Positions 33,691 through 43,500 of a DNA stretch of 64,000 nt are shown piece after piece (within the stretch, counting starts at the first letter, position 1; every line of letters begins with the position of its first letter). The translations under genes were made by a program, and so were the position numbers. Under the pieces are notes generated by a model. The model was not told the origin of the DNA. It made no database searches and worked only from the letters and a program-made list of their open reading frames with translations. The stretch is from a virus, in the IMG/VR virus record IMGVR_UViG_3300037510_000387; one strand, given 5' to 3'.

Positions 33691-33878
33691 AACGGAAATC
33701 CTCAACTGTCAGGCTATTGACCACGACTGAGGTCGCCAATCGGCTTCGGTTGGAGCCCGGCACCATCGAGAACTGGCGCTACCAAGGCAAGGGCCCACGG
33801 TTCGTGCGAATCGGTCGTGTAGTGCGATACCCCGAGGACTGGCTGGTACAGTGGGTGGAGGAGGTACGTCATGGCTAA
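33684..33878 (+). CDS. HTH_17/AlpA/excisionase-like DNA-binding protein
   Basis: LLTTTEVANRLRLEPGTIENWRYQGKGPRFVRIGRVVRY. Confidence 0.85.
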   Translation: MVERKSSTVRLLTTTEVANRLRLEPGTIENWRYQGKGPRFVRIGRVVRYPEDWLVQWVEEVRHG

Positions 33879-34806
33879 ACGTGCAGCATCAATCGCGACC
33901 TTGCAGCATGCCCACACGATTGCCTCGGAATACGACGGCAATCTAACCGTCCGTCAACTCTACTACCAGCTCGTGGCCCGGGGGTATATCGAGAACAGTC
34001 AAGAGAGCTACAAACGGCTCGTTACAATCTTGACCGATGGACGGCTGTCGGGCGAATTCCCGTTCGAGTGGCTGCTCGATCGGACCCGCGAGGCCCGTCC
34101 CGGCCACTTCAGCGGCGATCAGACGTTCGTTGACAGCGCCCTAGCCAACGCCGCCCGCGAGCTGCGGCAGGCTCCCGAGTCGTGGCTCTGGCGCGACCGC
34201 TGGCTTGGACAGCCCTACCACGTTTCGGTGTGGGTCGAGAAGGAGGCACTGGCTGGAGTGTTCGAGGACCCATGCGAAGATCTCGGCGTTGCATGGTTCG
34301 TGCTCCGTGGGTATTCGTCGCTTTCGGCCCTGTCCCAGTGGGTCGACAACGTTGCCAATGCCTACAAGGACGGAGACTCGTCGATCACCGAGGCCGTCGT
34401 GCTGTACTTTGGGGATCACGACCCCGATGGATGGGAGATCCCGAGGAGTGCCGAGCGCAACGTCCAGGCTATCGCCGAGGTTCGTGGGATTGAGCTGCCC
34501 GAGGTAACGTTCGAGCGAGTTGCCCTCGTTCACAGCCAGATCGACCAATACAATCCTCCGCCGTTCCCCGCCAAAGAGACCAGTTCCAGGTACGACTCGT
34601 ACATTCGCGAGCATGGGTTGAGGGATGCGTGGGAGCTTGACGCGTTACGGCCGGACGTGCTCGATCGACTGATCCGGAATCGGGTCGAATCGTACTTTGA
34701 CAATGAGATCCATGAGCACAACAACGAAGAAGTCGCGACGGCACGGGACGAGATGCGGTCTCGGATGCGTGCCCCTGGTTGGGTTGCGGGAGCGCTCGGC
34801 AAGTGA
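33871..34806 (+). CDS. topoisomerase VI-A/Spo11-like TOPRIM protein
   Basis: WHD RQLYYQL with putative catalytic Tyr; VEKEA and GDHDPDG TOPRIM acidic motifs; WELDAL. Confidence 0.75.
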   Translation: MAKRAASIATLQHAHTIASEYDGNLTVRQLYYQLVARGYIENSQESYKRLVTILTDGRLSGEFPFEWLLDRTREARPGHFSGDQTFVDSALANAARELRQAPESWLWRDRWLGQPYHVSVWVEKEALAGVFEDPCEDLGVAWFVLRGYSSLSALSQWVDNVANAYKDGDSSITEAVVLYFGDHDPDGWEIPRSAERNVQAIAEVRGIELPEVTFERVALVHSQIDQYNPPPFPAKETSSRYDSYIREHGLRDAWELDALRPDVLDRLIRNRVESYFDNEIHEHNNEEVATARDEMRSRMRAPGWVAGALGK

Positions 34807-37664
34807 TCGTCGTTCCCGGCTCCGGCCCCGAAAACTCTGGCCTGATGGCGATCGGCGAGGCCCCGGGCGCCGTCGAATCCCAACTCCTCAGACCCCTCGT
34901 GGGCCCGTCCGGTGCCGCCTTCAACTGGTATCTCAACCGCCACGGGTTCGCGATCGGACAGTTCTACCTCGACAACGTGGTCCGTGAGTACCGACAAGGG
35001 AACCCCGACCCCACGCCAGAGCAAATCGCCGAATGGACACCTGTGCTCGAAGCCACGATCGCCCGCGTCAAGCCTCGCGTCATCATCACGCTAGGTCGAT
35101 TTGCGGCGCGGTGGTTTTTGGGTGAGGATGCCGATATGGATTCCTGCCACGGCATCCCGCACGAGGGCGGGGAATTCGCGGCGCCGCACGAGCAGGTGAT
35201 GTACCGTGCTCGGGCTCAGGGCGCCGTGATCGTGCCATCATTCCATCCGGCGTTCGGGTTGAGACAGGTCGACGCACGCACGTTGATCGACCACGATATC
35301 GAGAAGGCTGCCGACGTGATCCGCCTCGTGCGTGGTGGCCGGCGCGATCTCGTGCGATTCCGACGTGACGCCTATGCCGGACGTGAGCAGTACACCGACG
35401 TCACCGGGGCCGAGCTGCACGAGAACCTTCGTCGGTATCGCCGCATGGGGCTCACGCGAATTGGGTTCGACACGGAGGGCACACCCGAGGAGCCGTTCTC
35501 GTTGCAGGTTTCGCCGGAGCCGGGTGTCGCCTGGATGCTCAGGCCCACACAATCAGACTTCGCGATCGGCGTTGAGGCGTTGCAGGAGCTGGCCGACGCC
35601 GGGGTCGTGTTCGTGGTGCATGATGCTGGGACTCCCCGCGGCACCGGCTACGACACGCAGGTATCGCGGACGTGCGGCCTGCGCCTATCCCATGCCAAGT
35701 TTCACAACACGATGTACTCGGCTTTCGCCCTGCGCATTGAGCCCAAGGGCTTGAAGCCACTGCTGTGGCGTTGGTGCGGAATGCGGCAGCACGACTACTG
35801 GGGCATGGTCGAGGAGATTGGCCGGCAGAAGCAGATCGGGTATCTCAAGAGGGTGGCGTGGCGCGGGGACATGGACGCTATTCAGAGATTGTCGCTCGCG
35901 TTGGCTCGGCAGGCGGCAACCGATCTTGGGTTGGCGACCTCGATGTCGAACCCTGTCGCGCAACTGATCGAATCCTTGCGGCCGTGGCCTCGTGTACCGT
36001 CCCGCGTCGAGCGCCAGAACGACGGAACCTTGGCACTTGTCAATTTTGGCAAGCTGGAGTCGCGGGCAAAGGGCATTCTCACCGACATCATGGCTGGCGA
36101 GCTAGGCAAAGACGGCAAGCCAACCGATCCGCTCAAACGCTGGAAACAGATCGAGCCCGAGTTGCGTGTGCTGGCCGAACGTGAGCTGGGCAAGATTCCC
36201 ATGGGCACGATGTTCGACGTGCCGTTCGATCAGGCCGTGTTCTACGGATGTCGTGATGCCGATGGTGAAATTCGCTTGGACCCTGAGCTTGGTGCCGAGT
36301 GCCGTCGCATGGGTGTCGATGGTGTGTGCTGGACCGGGAACGAAGTGCTGCCAATCTTCGAGGAGATGCAGCACGATGGAATGCCGGCCAGTCGCCGTGC
36401 GTTCATCGACCTGGCCGAAACCTGCCAGCACGAGATGGACCAGCTCCAGAGCCAGATCTCGGTCGAGCACTGGGGCGGCAAACCGTTCAACCCAGCCCCG
36501 AACACGAAAGACGTCGAAGCACTGGTTGTGCGGTTGGGGATCACCGGCCTCAAGACGACGGCAAAATCGAAAAAACCCTCCACGAGCATGAAGTCGCTGG
36601 AGTACCTGGGCAACCGCTACCCGGCAATCTCGCTGATCGGGGAATGGCGTCGCCGCTACAAGGTGCTCTCCACCTACTGCCTGCCGTTGATCGAGGTTGC
36701 CGACGAGCAGCTTGGGATTGAGACCCGACAACTGGCCGAGTCCGACATGTTCCTGGTACGAGGCAACATCAAGCCGGCCACGGTCGAAACCCGACGATTG
36801 GCGATGGAAGAGCCCTCGCTGCTCAATGTGCCGGTCAGAACGGAGATCGGACGCCGGGTGCGTGGGTGCTACATGACGACCAACGCTGCGCACGATGACG
36901 ACCCAGACAATCCCGACACCGAGGTCTTCCTGGAGCTTGATTATTCGAGTCAGGAAGTGCGAATCACGGCGCACGTCACGGGGGATCGCCTGCTGTGCGA
37001 TATCTGCCGTGACCCGAAGCGCAAGATCCACATGGAGACCGCGAGCCGAGTGTTCGGCAAGCCTATCGACCAGATCGACGAGATCAGCGAGAAGATCCCT
37101 GCCAAGACAGCGTTCTTCGGGATGCTGTATGGAATGCAGGGGCCGGGGCTGTTGGACCTGTTTCGGAGCTTCGGGCTGGAGAACTGGCCGATCGAGGAGT
37201 GCGAGCGGTTGATTGCCGAGATCTTCAAGATCTACCCAGGGCTCAAGGAGACGATCTGGCGGATCGAACAAGAGACCAAGCGCACGGGCATGGTGCGGGA
37301 CCTGTACGGGCACATCCGATACCTGCCTGGGATCTGGTCGGCGAGAAGAGGGGAGGCGAACGAGGCGGCGCGACAGGCGTTCAGCCACGCCATTCAAGCG
37401 ACCGCCCAGGGGCAGATCCAGAACGCGATGGCCCAGCTTCGCAAGCCCATCCGGGAAATGCAACTGGGTGGGCTGTTCGTTAGGTGGGCGCTACAAGTTC
37501 ATGATTCTGTTTTGGTGAGGACGCGGCGATGGCTGGTGCCGATCGTTGCTCGGTTGATTGAGGAAGCGATGACGCAGAAGTATGGTGGTCCGCGAGGGCT
37601 CAAGTTGAGCGTGCCAGTGTTGGTCGAGTGGCACGCGAGCACACAGTGGTCGAAACTCAAGTGA
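34803..37664 (+). CDS. polA: family A DNA polymerase with N-terminal family-4 uracil-DNA glycosylase domain and 3'-5' exonuclease
   Basis: UDG GEAPG...FHPA; exo FDTEG, YD, YGCRD; polymerase motifs LDYSSQEVR, AKTAFFGMLYG, QVHDS. Confidence 0.92.
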   Translation: MIVVPGSGPENSGLMAIGEAPGAVESQLLRPLVGPSGAAFNWYLNRHGFAIGQFYLDNVVREYRQGNPDPTPEQIAEWTPVLEATIARVKPRVIITLGRFAARWFLGEDADMDSCHGIPHEGGEFAAPHEQVMYRARAQGAVIVPSFHPAFGLRQVDARTLIDHDIEKAADVIRLVRGGRRDLVRFRRDAYAGREQYTDVTGAELHENLRRYRRMGLTRIGFDTEGTPEEPFSLQVSPEPGVAWMLRPTQSDFAIGVEALQELADAGVVFVVHDAGTPRGTGYDTQVSRTCGLRLSHAKFHNTMYSAFALRIEPKGLKPLLWRWCGMRQHDYWGMVEEIGRQKQIGYLKRVAWRGDMDAIQRLSLALARQAATDLGLATSMSNPVAQLIESLRPWPRVPSRVERQNDGTLALVNFGKLESRAKGILTDIMAGELGKDGKPTDPLKRWKQIEPELRVLAERELGKIPMGTMFDVPFDQAVFYGCRDADGEIRLDPELGAECRRMGVDGVCWTGNEVLPIFEEMQHDGMPASRRAFIDLAETCQHEMDQLQSQISVEHWGGKPFNPAPNTKDVEALVVRLGITGLKTTAKSKKPSTSMKSLEYLGNRYPAISLIGEWRRRYKVLSTYCLPLIEVADEQLGIETRQLAESDMFLVRGNIKPATVETRRLAMEEPSLLNVPVRTEIGRRVRGCYMTTNAAHDDDPDNPDTEVFLELDYSSQEVRITAHVTGDRLLCDICRDPKRKIHMETASRVFGKPIDQIDEISEKIPAKTAFFGMLYGMQGPGLLDLFRSFGLENWPIEECERLIAEIFKIYPGLKETIWRIEQETKRTGMVRDLYGHIRYLPGIWSARRGEANEAARQAFSHAIQATAQGQIQNAMAQLRKPIREMQLGGLFVRWALQVHDSVLVRTRRWLVPIVARLIEEAMTQKYGGPRGLKLSVPVLVEWHASTQWSKLK

Positions 37665-37673
37665 GGAGAAGAT

Positions 37674-38099
37674 ATGAAGGTTGAAAGCTCAGAAGTTGCA
37701 GCGGCCGGCTCGGACCGTGACTCGGTAGATTACGGCGATATCGGTAGCGACATTGTGATCTCCGCAGCCGAGGCTATGGACTGCGAAGTGTTCTACCCAG
37801 ATGAGGTGACCTTGACCCTCGACATCGACACCGACAAAGACTTCCGATTCTTCATAGACCAGTTCTTTCGTCTTCGGGCCGTATTTGGTCTGATCGAGTA
37901 CCAAGTCCTCAAGTCCCGGCACGGGAACCGTCACGTCCTGGTGACAATGAAGGAGCCACGTAGTATGTCGGATCGTCTGCTGTTGCAAGCCGTATTGGGC
38001 AGTGATCGGATTCGTGAGGCGCTTTCCTTACTGAGGCTGCAACGTGAAGACCCGCATTCGTCGATCCTTCTTCGTCCAAGGGAGGTTTCCAATGGCTAA
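37674..38099 (+). CDS. hypothetical protein
   Basis: GAGGAG RBS; KSRHGNRH...LLQAVLGSDRIRE. Confidence 0.75.
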   Translation: MKVESSEVAAAGSDRDSVDYGDIGSDIVISAAEAMDCEVFYPDEVTLTLDIDTDKDFRFFIDQFFRLRAVFGLIEYQVLKSRHGNRHVLVTMKEPRSMSDRLLLQAVLGSDRIREALSLLRLQREDPHSSILLRPREVSNG

Positions 38100-38679
38100 G
38101 TCTGCCAAGAAGTCGATCGACGTGGAGGTCCCTGAGCTTGGCGACCTGGCCCTCGACCCGGCCATCGCCAAAGAGCTGGACCGCCTGTGTGCCGAATCCC
38201 GTGCCCTCAGTGCCCAGATCAAACGCCTGGAGGACGGCGACCCCGAGCACGGCGTCATCGGCAAAGTCGAAGTGTCCAAGCAGCTCAAGGCGATGGTCGA
38301 GGGGCTAGAGATCCCCGAGCGAGTACTGGGTGAAGGGTGGGACCTGCGGCGGCAGGTGCGGGTCAACGAGAAAATCGACCCGGCCAAGCTCAAGTTGGCG
38401 CTGTTGCACGCTGGTCTGCGGATCGACTGTCCGAAAGTCGTACCAGATGATCGCGGAACATTGATGGTGTGTCCCGATTGCCAGGGAACAGGCGTGCTAG
38501 AGGGATTGCGTGCGGCACAGGTGCTTGTTGATCGATGCACCGATCGCACGGAAACGGTGTCGGTGTCGGTTTACGCTCGCACTGACCAAAAGGAAAAGGT
38601 TCAAAACTGTCCCGATTGCGGCATGCCTCTTCTGCCTTGTCCCGGTGGAGTGGCCTGTATCAACGGGCACGGGTTCTAG
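38092..38679 (+). CDS. coiled-coil protein with zinc-binding motifs (possibly Gam/Gp157-like)
   Basis: GGAGG RBS; N-terminal coiled coil, CPDCQGTG, C-terminal CPDC..C..C.NGH ribbon; family call uncertain. Confidence 0.65.
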   Translation: MAKSAKKSIDVEVPELGDLALDPAIAKELDRLCAESRALSAQIKRLEDGDPEHGVIGKVEVSKQLKAMVEGLEIPERVLGEGWDLRRQVRVNEKIDPAKLKLALLHAGLRIDCPKVVPDDRGTLMVCPDCQGTGVLEGLRAAQVLVDRCTDRTETVSVSVYARTDQKEKVQNCPDCGMPLLPCPGGVACINGHGF

Positions 38680-38681
38680 CC

Positions 38682-39122
38682 ATGCGACTCGCGGCCCGCG
38701 CCACGATCCTGGCCATCCTGGTCCTACTCGGCCGGGCCTGTGCCTCTCCCGTCCACACGCAGGATCTCACGTCGGCCCAGCCCTACAACCCCGGCCCTCG
38801 CTTCATCCCTTCCCTGTGGTATCCCGTCGACCTGCACACCCGGCGCCTCTCGTCCACGACCGACGCCGGCACCCTTGTCCGGTTCTGGTCACTGGGCTCA
38901 TCCGTGCAAGGCGCCGAGAATGTCTTGGGTCCCCTGCTCGGGGTCCGCACGCTGGGCATCGGATGGGTCTGGAGGCTCAAGGATTCGAGTCTGCTGGCGG
39001 GCGTGGCCGTTGTTGTCAACACAGAGAGCCTGTTCGATCGGCAACGGCCTTTGAGGGTAATGCCCGCGGTGACGTTGAGCTATCGGTTGCCCAAGCCAGC
39101 GCCGGCCCCTGTGCCGAAATAG
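38682..39122 (+). CDS. secreted/outer-membrane beta-strand protein
   Basis: Sec-type signal MRLAARATILAILVLLGRACA; alternating beta strands ending VTLSYRL. Confidence 0.6.
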   Translation: MRLAARATILAILVLLGRACASPVHTQDLTSAQPYNPGPRFIPSLWYPVDLHTRRLSSTTDAGTLVRFWSLGSSVQGAENVLGPLLGVRTLGIGWVWRLKDSSLLAGVAVVVNTESLFDRQRPLRVMPAVTLSYRLPKPAPAPVPK

Positions 39123-39334
39123 CGATCGACGCGTTCTAGAAAGCACGTCCACCACGACCGCTCAACGCTGGGATCGGGCGCCATATCACGAAGCTCCCGT
39201 GCCTTGTCCCGGAATCGTTCGACGAGAGCCTGGTCGTCAAGGCCATCGAGGCCGTCTGGCTCAGCCTCGTCGCCCAAAACGAGCCGGTAATACACACGCT
39301 CGAAGTCCGACAGTTTCTCGATTTGATCGCTCAC
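39080..39334 (-). CDS. hypothetical protein, last gene of the late operon
   Basis: GTGA overlap; convergent overlap with 38682-39122. Confidence 0.55.
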   Translation of the reverse strand: MSDQIEKLSDFERVYYRLVLGDEAEPDGLDGLDDQALVERFRDKARELRDMAPDPSVERSWWTCFLERVDRYFGTGAGAGLGNR

Positions 39335-39537
39335 TGCCCACCGGTCCGACAGTAGCGTTCGATTTTCGTGGCCACTGCTGCCAGGGCATTGGCCGCATCT
39401 CGGAACTCGTCTTCCATCTGTTCGGTTGGCTGCGTTGTTGCCGAGTTGAGCATGATTGTGTTTCCCATGCAGCTCAGCTTTTGGGTCAGTGCTGCTCCCT
39501 GATCGAGGATCGCCTTCGCACAAGGAAGTCCGGACAT
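39331..39537 (-). CDS. hypothetical protein
   Basis: AGGAGGG RBS before MSGLPCAK. Confidence 0.55.
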   Translation of the reverse strand: MSGLPCAKAILDQGAALTQKLSCMGNTIMLNSATTQPTEQMEDEFRDAANALAAVATKIERYCRTGGQ

Positions 39538-39550
39538 TTCTTGTTCCCTC

Positions 39551-39922
39551 CTACCTTTCTTTGCCGCGTTCAACGCGGACATAGTCAGCATCCTGCATTG
39601 CGTCCCGAACGGCTGCGTGAACGATCTTGTCTAGCTGGGCCAACTCAAGGTCGTGGGTCTCGACTTTCTGCCACAGCTTCAGGTTTTCTTGTTGAAGGTA
39701 GCGAACGTCCGACTGCATTGTCGCTGCCCACCAAATCGAGCCCACCAGTTGGCCAATTAAATAAAGGACGAGAGGCAGTAGCCATGGCGGTAGCGATGGC
39801 TTTTTGGTGACGGCGTCCGCGATCTCATCAAGCCTGCGATGCAGAGTTGAATCAAGGGGATCGTCATTGGTGCCCATACGCAAAGGCAGGTCGTGCGTCA
39901 TTGCTAGATCAGCTACCGCCAT
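39551..39922 (-). CDS. single-TM coiled-coil membrane protein (holin/spanin-like candidate)
   Basis: PWLLPLVLYLIGQLVGSIWWAA TM followed by a coiled coil; start could be 39901. Confidence 0.6.
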   Translation of the reverse strand: MAVADLAMTHDLPLRMGTNDDPLDSTLHRRLDEIADAVTKKPSLPPWLLPLVLYLIGQLVGSIWWAATMQSDVRYLQQENLKLWQKVETHDLELAQLDKIVHAAVRDAMQDADYVRVERGKER

Positions 39923-40562
39923 TGAATTGATCTCCGGGAGTGGGTGGTTCGGATGGTGACGTCTGTGGCTGGGCGGCCTGCGCTTGCTGTTGCTGGCCCT
40001 GTTGCGGATCGAGCGCATGCGCCGGCAACGCCAACCACAACAACACCCCGGCCGCGACCTGTTCCATCGCCGCATCCGCCTGGGTCGCTTGGATCTCGTA
40101 GATCGAGGCCCGGGCGTTGTTGCCGGACGACCGCGCTTTCTGGGCTTCGAGCCCCAGCCGCCGCCTCTCGCCCGCCAGCCCATCCAGCTCCCGGCGCGCG
40201 GCCAGCAGCTCCCCCGCATACCGCACCTCGGGGGCTTGGGACAGGATCGCGTGATACCCGCGGGCGTCGAGCTGGGAGCCGGCCGCCTGAAGCTGGGTCT
40301 TGGCGCGGGCGGCCGAAGCGGCGACCTTGTACACCTGGCGGATGGCCTCGGGGCCCGGCATGGACATGACGGCGGCGATCACCGCGGCGATGGGATCAAC
40401 CGGCGGGGCGGGCGCGGGAGACGGTCCCTGGGGCTCCTGGCCCTGTGCGGCCTGTGTGGGATCCTGGGGCTGGCCTTGGGCGGCCTGGGCGTCGGAAGCT
40501 GGCGTTGGCGCGCCCTGTGGCCCCTGCGGCCCTTGCTGCTGCTGCTGCTGAATCGGTTCCAT
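39909..40562 (-). CDS. Q/P/A-rich putative internal virion protein
   Basis: low-complexity termini with a helical core; follows the large ejection protein. Confidence 0.65.
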   Translation of the reverse strand: MEPIQQQQQQGPQGPQGAPTPASDAQAAQGQPQDPTQAAQGQEPQGPSPAPAPPVDPIAAVIAAVMSMPGPEAIRQVYKVAASAARAKTQLQAAGSQLDARGYHAILSQAPEVRYAGELLAARRELDGLAGERRRLGLEAQKARSSGNNARASIYEIQATQADAAMEQVAAGVLLWLALPAHALDPQQGQQQQAQAAQPQTSPSEPPTPGDQFNGGS

Positions 40563-40577
40563 TGCGTGCGCCCTCGT

Positions 40578-43500
40578 CTACCTTCCCGGCCCCGAGCCTT
40601 GCCCCGTCCCGGTCTCGTTGACCCAGTTGACGACGCCCAGGCTGGGGTTGAGCCCTGGATAATTTTCGGCTCCGTTATGATACCGCAAGACGACGATGCG
40701 GGCGAACTTTCGGGCGGCGCCAATCGCCTTGGTGGCCTCGTCTCGCTGCTGCTCGGTGTCGAGGTCCCCATAGCCCTCCCTGGCGAACAATTCCTGGAGC
40801 AGGAGCTTGGACGCCCGCCCGGCCATTTGCTGGTAGAGAAAGTGCTCGTCGTCCGTGAGCTTGACCTTTTTCTTGTGATCGGTGACGTTGTTGCCCACGT
40901 AGCCCAGGGGCATGCCCAGGCGATCCAGCTCCTGGTCCAGAGGGTTCGTGTGCTCCTGGGTGGGCAGCAAGGCCGTGCCCGAGGCCAGCACCGTCCGCAG
41001 GCGTCCACCGGCCGGCACCACCTCCTCGCCCCAGGGATCGAGCTTGCCATTGAGGCCCAAAGACGCCACGGGCATGTTCTGGGTGAGGCGATCCGAGAAC
41101 GATCGGGCGTCAACGACCCGTGGATCAACGGCTTTGGCGATCGTGCGCACCAGCCCGGAATAGGGCACAAGGCCCCAGGTCGTGCTCGCGGCCAGGTCAG
41201 AGCCGGCACGCCCCGCACGCCCCTGCTCGCCCCCATGCAGCACGTCCATCAGCTTTGACAAGGCCAGCAGGTAGCTCTGGTCAGTGATGTGGGTGCCGAC
41301 TTGCACAGCCCCATCCGTGATTTTGCCCATGAGGTCGTCGTCGGGGTTTTCCTTCCAGCCCTCGTAAAAAGCCGCGGTCAGGGCAAGCGGCATGGCGATC
41401 GGCTGCATGTGGCCGTACGGAACCCAGCGCCCATCGTCGGTGCGAATCGACCACGGCTGCTTGTTGGCGCCGTAGAACGCGGCACGCTCGCCCTCGTCTT
41501 TGGGTGCGGCCCCCGTGATCCGGCCCTCCATTGCCATCGAAGCGGCGTAGGCCATGACCATGGAGCCGATTGACGCGCGAGCGGCTTGGGCGGCGGATTC
41601 GGCGTAATTGCCCGCCATGCGTTGGCCCGCGGCGTTGGCGAAATTGAACGGGGTGTATTCGAAACCGCGCACCATCAAACGGTCGGCGATGTGGACGAAC
41701 GGCAGCATGAATCCGGAGGCGGCGCGGTAAGTTTCGAGCGCGGCATTGCCCACAGGGTTCGAGCTGGTGACGCCAGGTAGGTCGCGCAGGCGGGTGATGC
41801 CCTGGCCAATCGCCGACGTCTGGTCGGTGAATGTGGCACGCCCAGCGAACCGGTCGGCGGCCTGGAGCATCTCGTCTGTGGGGTTCTTGATGAGCGTGGC
41901 AATACGGCCCGAGACGTCGAACGCGCCGGTTGCCCCGGCCCTGAGCGCCGCCAGCTCTTCCTTCGACGCGATTCGTGCGGCTTGGGCGTACAGCTCGGCC
42001 GTGAAATTCATCGTGCGAGCGATCGTCGTGGCCGCCGAGATGACGCGCGTGGGCATGGTCACGATGGGCCCGACGACGTTGCGCACGAATGGGCTTTGGG
42101 CACGAGCGAACGCCGATCGCGGAATAAACAGTGGGGTTCCCTCGGCGAGTCTGGGGTCGTAGCCACGCTGGATCACCTGGAGCCCACGACGGAAACCCTC
42201 GCGGATGCCACGGCCGAGCCCAGTGAAAGCCGCTGGGGTTTCGCGCAGGAACACCTCGCGCTCGGCGTTGGCTGCCGCCCCACCGCCCATCGTCCGTGCT
42301 GCATCCCACACTGCCGATAGTGGCCGCACGAATCCGTTCTCGCCCAGCATCATGAGCGTGTCGCCGATCACCTTGCGCTCGAACGGAATCGGAGTCGCCA
42401 GGATCGAATTGACCCAGTACTCGTGGACGAACTCACGGAACTTGGGCTTGTTGACCGAACGCAAAAAGGCTTGCAACTCCTCGGGATCGCCAGGGTTGAG
42501 CCGCGCCAAGCTATCCATCAACGGCTTTTGCTTGTCGAGCTGGTCGGCGTACATGCGGTACAGGCGCTGTTTGAGGAGTTGGTCGTCGCCCAACGCCAAT
42601 CGGGCCTCGATCTTGAGCGTGTTGAGCGCACGGCCATAGTCGGACCCGGCCTTAGCACCGATCTTGATGAGGTCCGACGCGGTGTCGATTCGGCGCAACA
42701 GCTCGGCCTGTTCCTCGGGCGTCGCGGTCCCTGCCACGAGCTTGCTTTGGAGGTCACCGATCGCCCGCTCGTTGCCTTTGATGACGTAGGTGAGGCGCAG
42801 GCGCTCCTCGGGCGGAAGGGTGTTCCAGCGCGGGTTGTCGTGCAGGAATTGCTCGGGCGTGGTGCCCGAACGCGCGGCCATGTCCTCGACCGTGTCCCAC
42901 GATTGCGGTGGGCCGATTTTGCGGAACACGTCGTCTGAGTTGTCGACGATGTATTGGGCAGCACGATCGGACTCCGGGCCACCGCCAAGCTGGGCCGCGA
43001 GGTTGGTTTGGAAATTGGCCGTGCGGATCGGGTCGGAGATCGCGCGTGGCGAGCCTGGAGGAACGTCCCAACCCATGGCTTTGGCGATTTCGGGCTCGGT
43101 CAGCGGAGGCAGCACAGGAGCTGGTGGCGGACCCGATGCGTAGAGCCGACGCGGGCCAGGCGACACTGGCGGGACATTGCTGTTCGCGGCCTCGGGGCCC
43201 GTTTCGCGCACGATGCCGTCCGGTCCCATCTGCACCTGATCCATCGCCCCTCGACCGTAATTAGCAACCGGCACCGAATCCGGATCGAGATAGTTCGGCG
43301 GATGCCAAGTGGGCCCCTCACCAATCCCGTCAGCCTCGAACAGAAAATCAGATTCGCGACGTGAAAGCGGTGCAGTCAGCTCCTCCATACGGGACAGAGC
43401 GCGTTCTTTGGCAGCGGCGATTGAGGCGTCTTCGGGAGATCCACCACGGCGAGGGAACCCCGCAAGCTGCCGGTTCAAGGCGTTGAATTCGGCCCCCTGC

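Noticed and set aside
39984-41258. Long antisense ORFs such as 39984-41258(+), 36102-37463(-), 55959-57329(+), 54279-55592(+) and 59854-61551(+)
   Set aside because: Shadow frames of well-supported genes in high-GC DNA; no RBS or motifs, and Arg/Pro/Gly-rich composition
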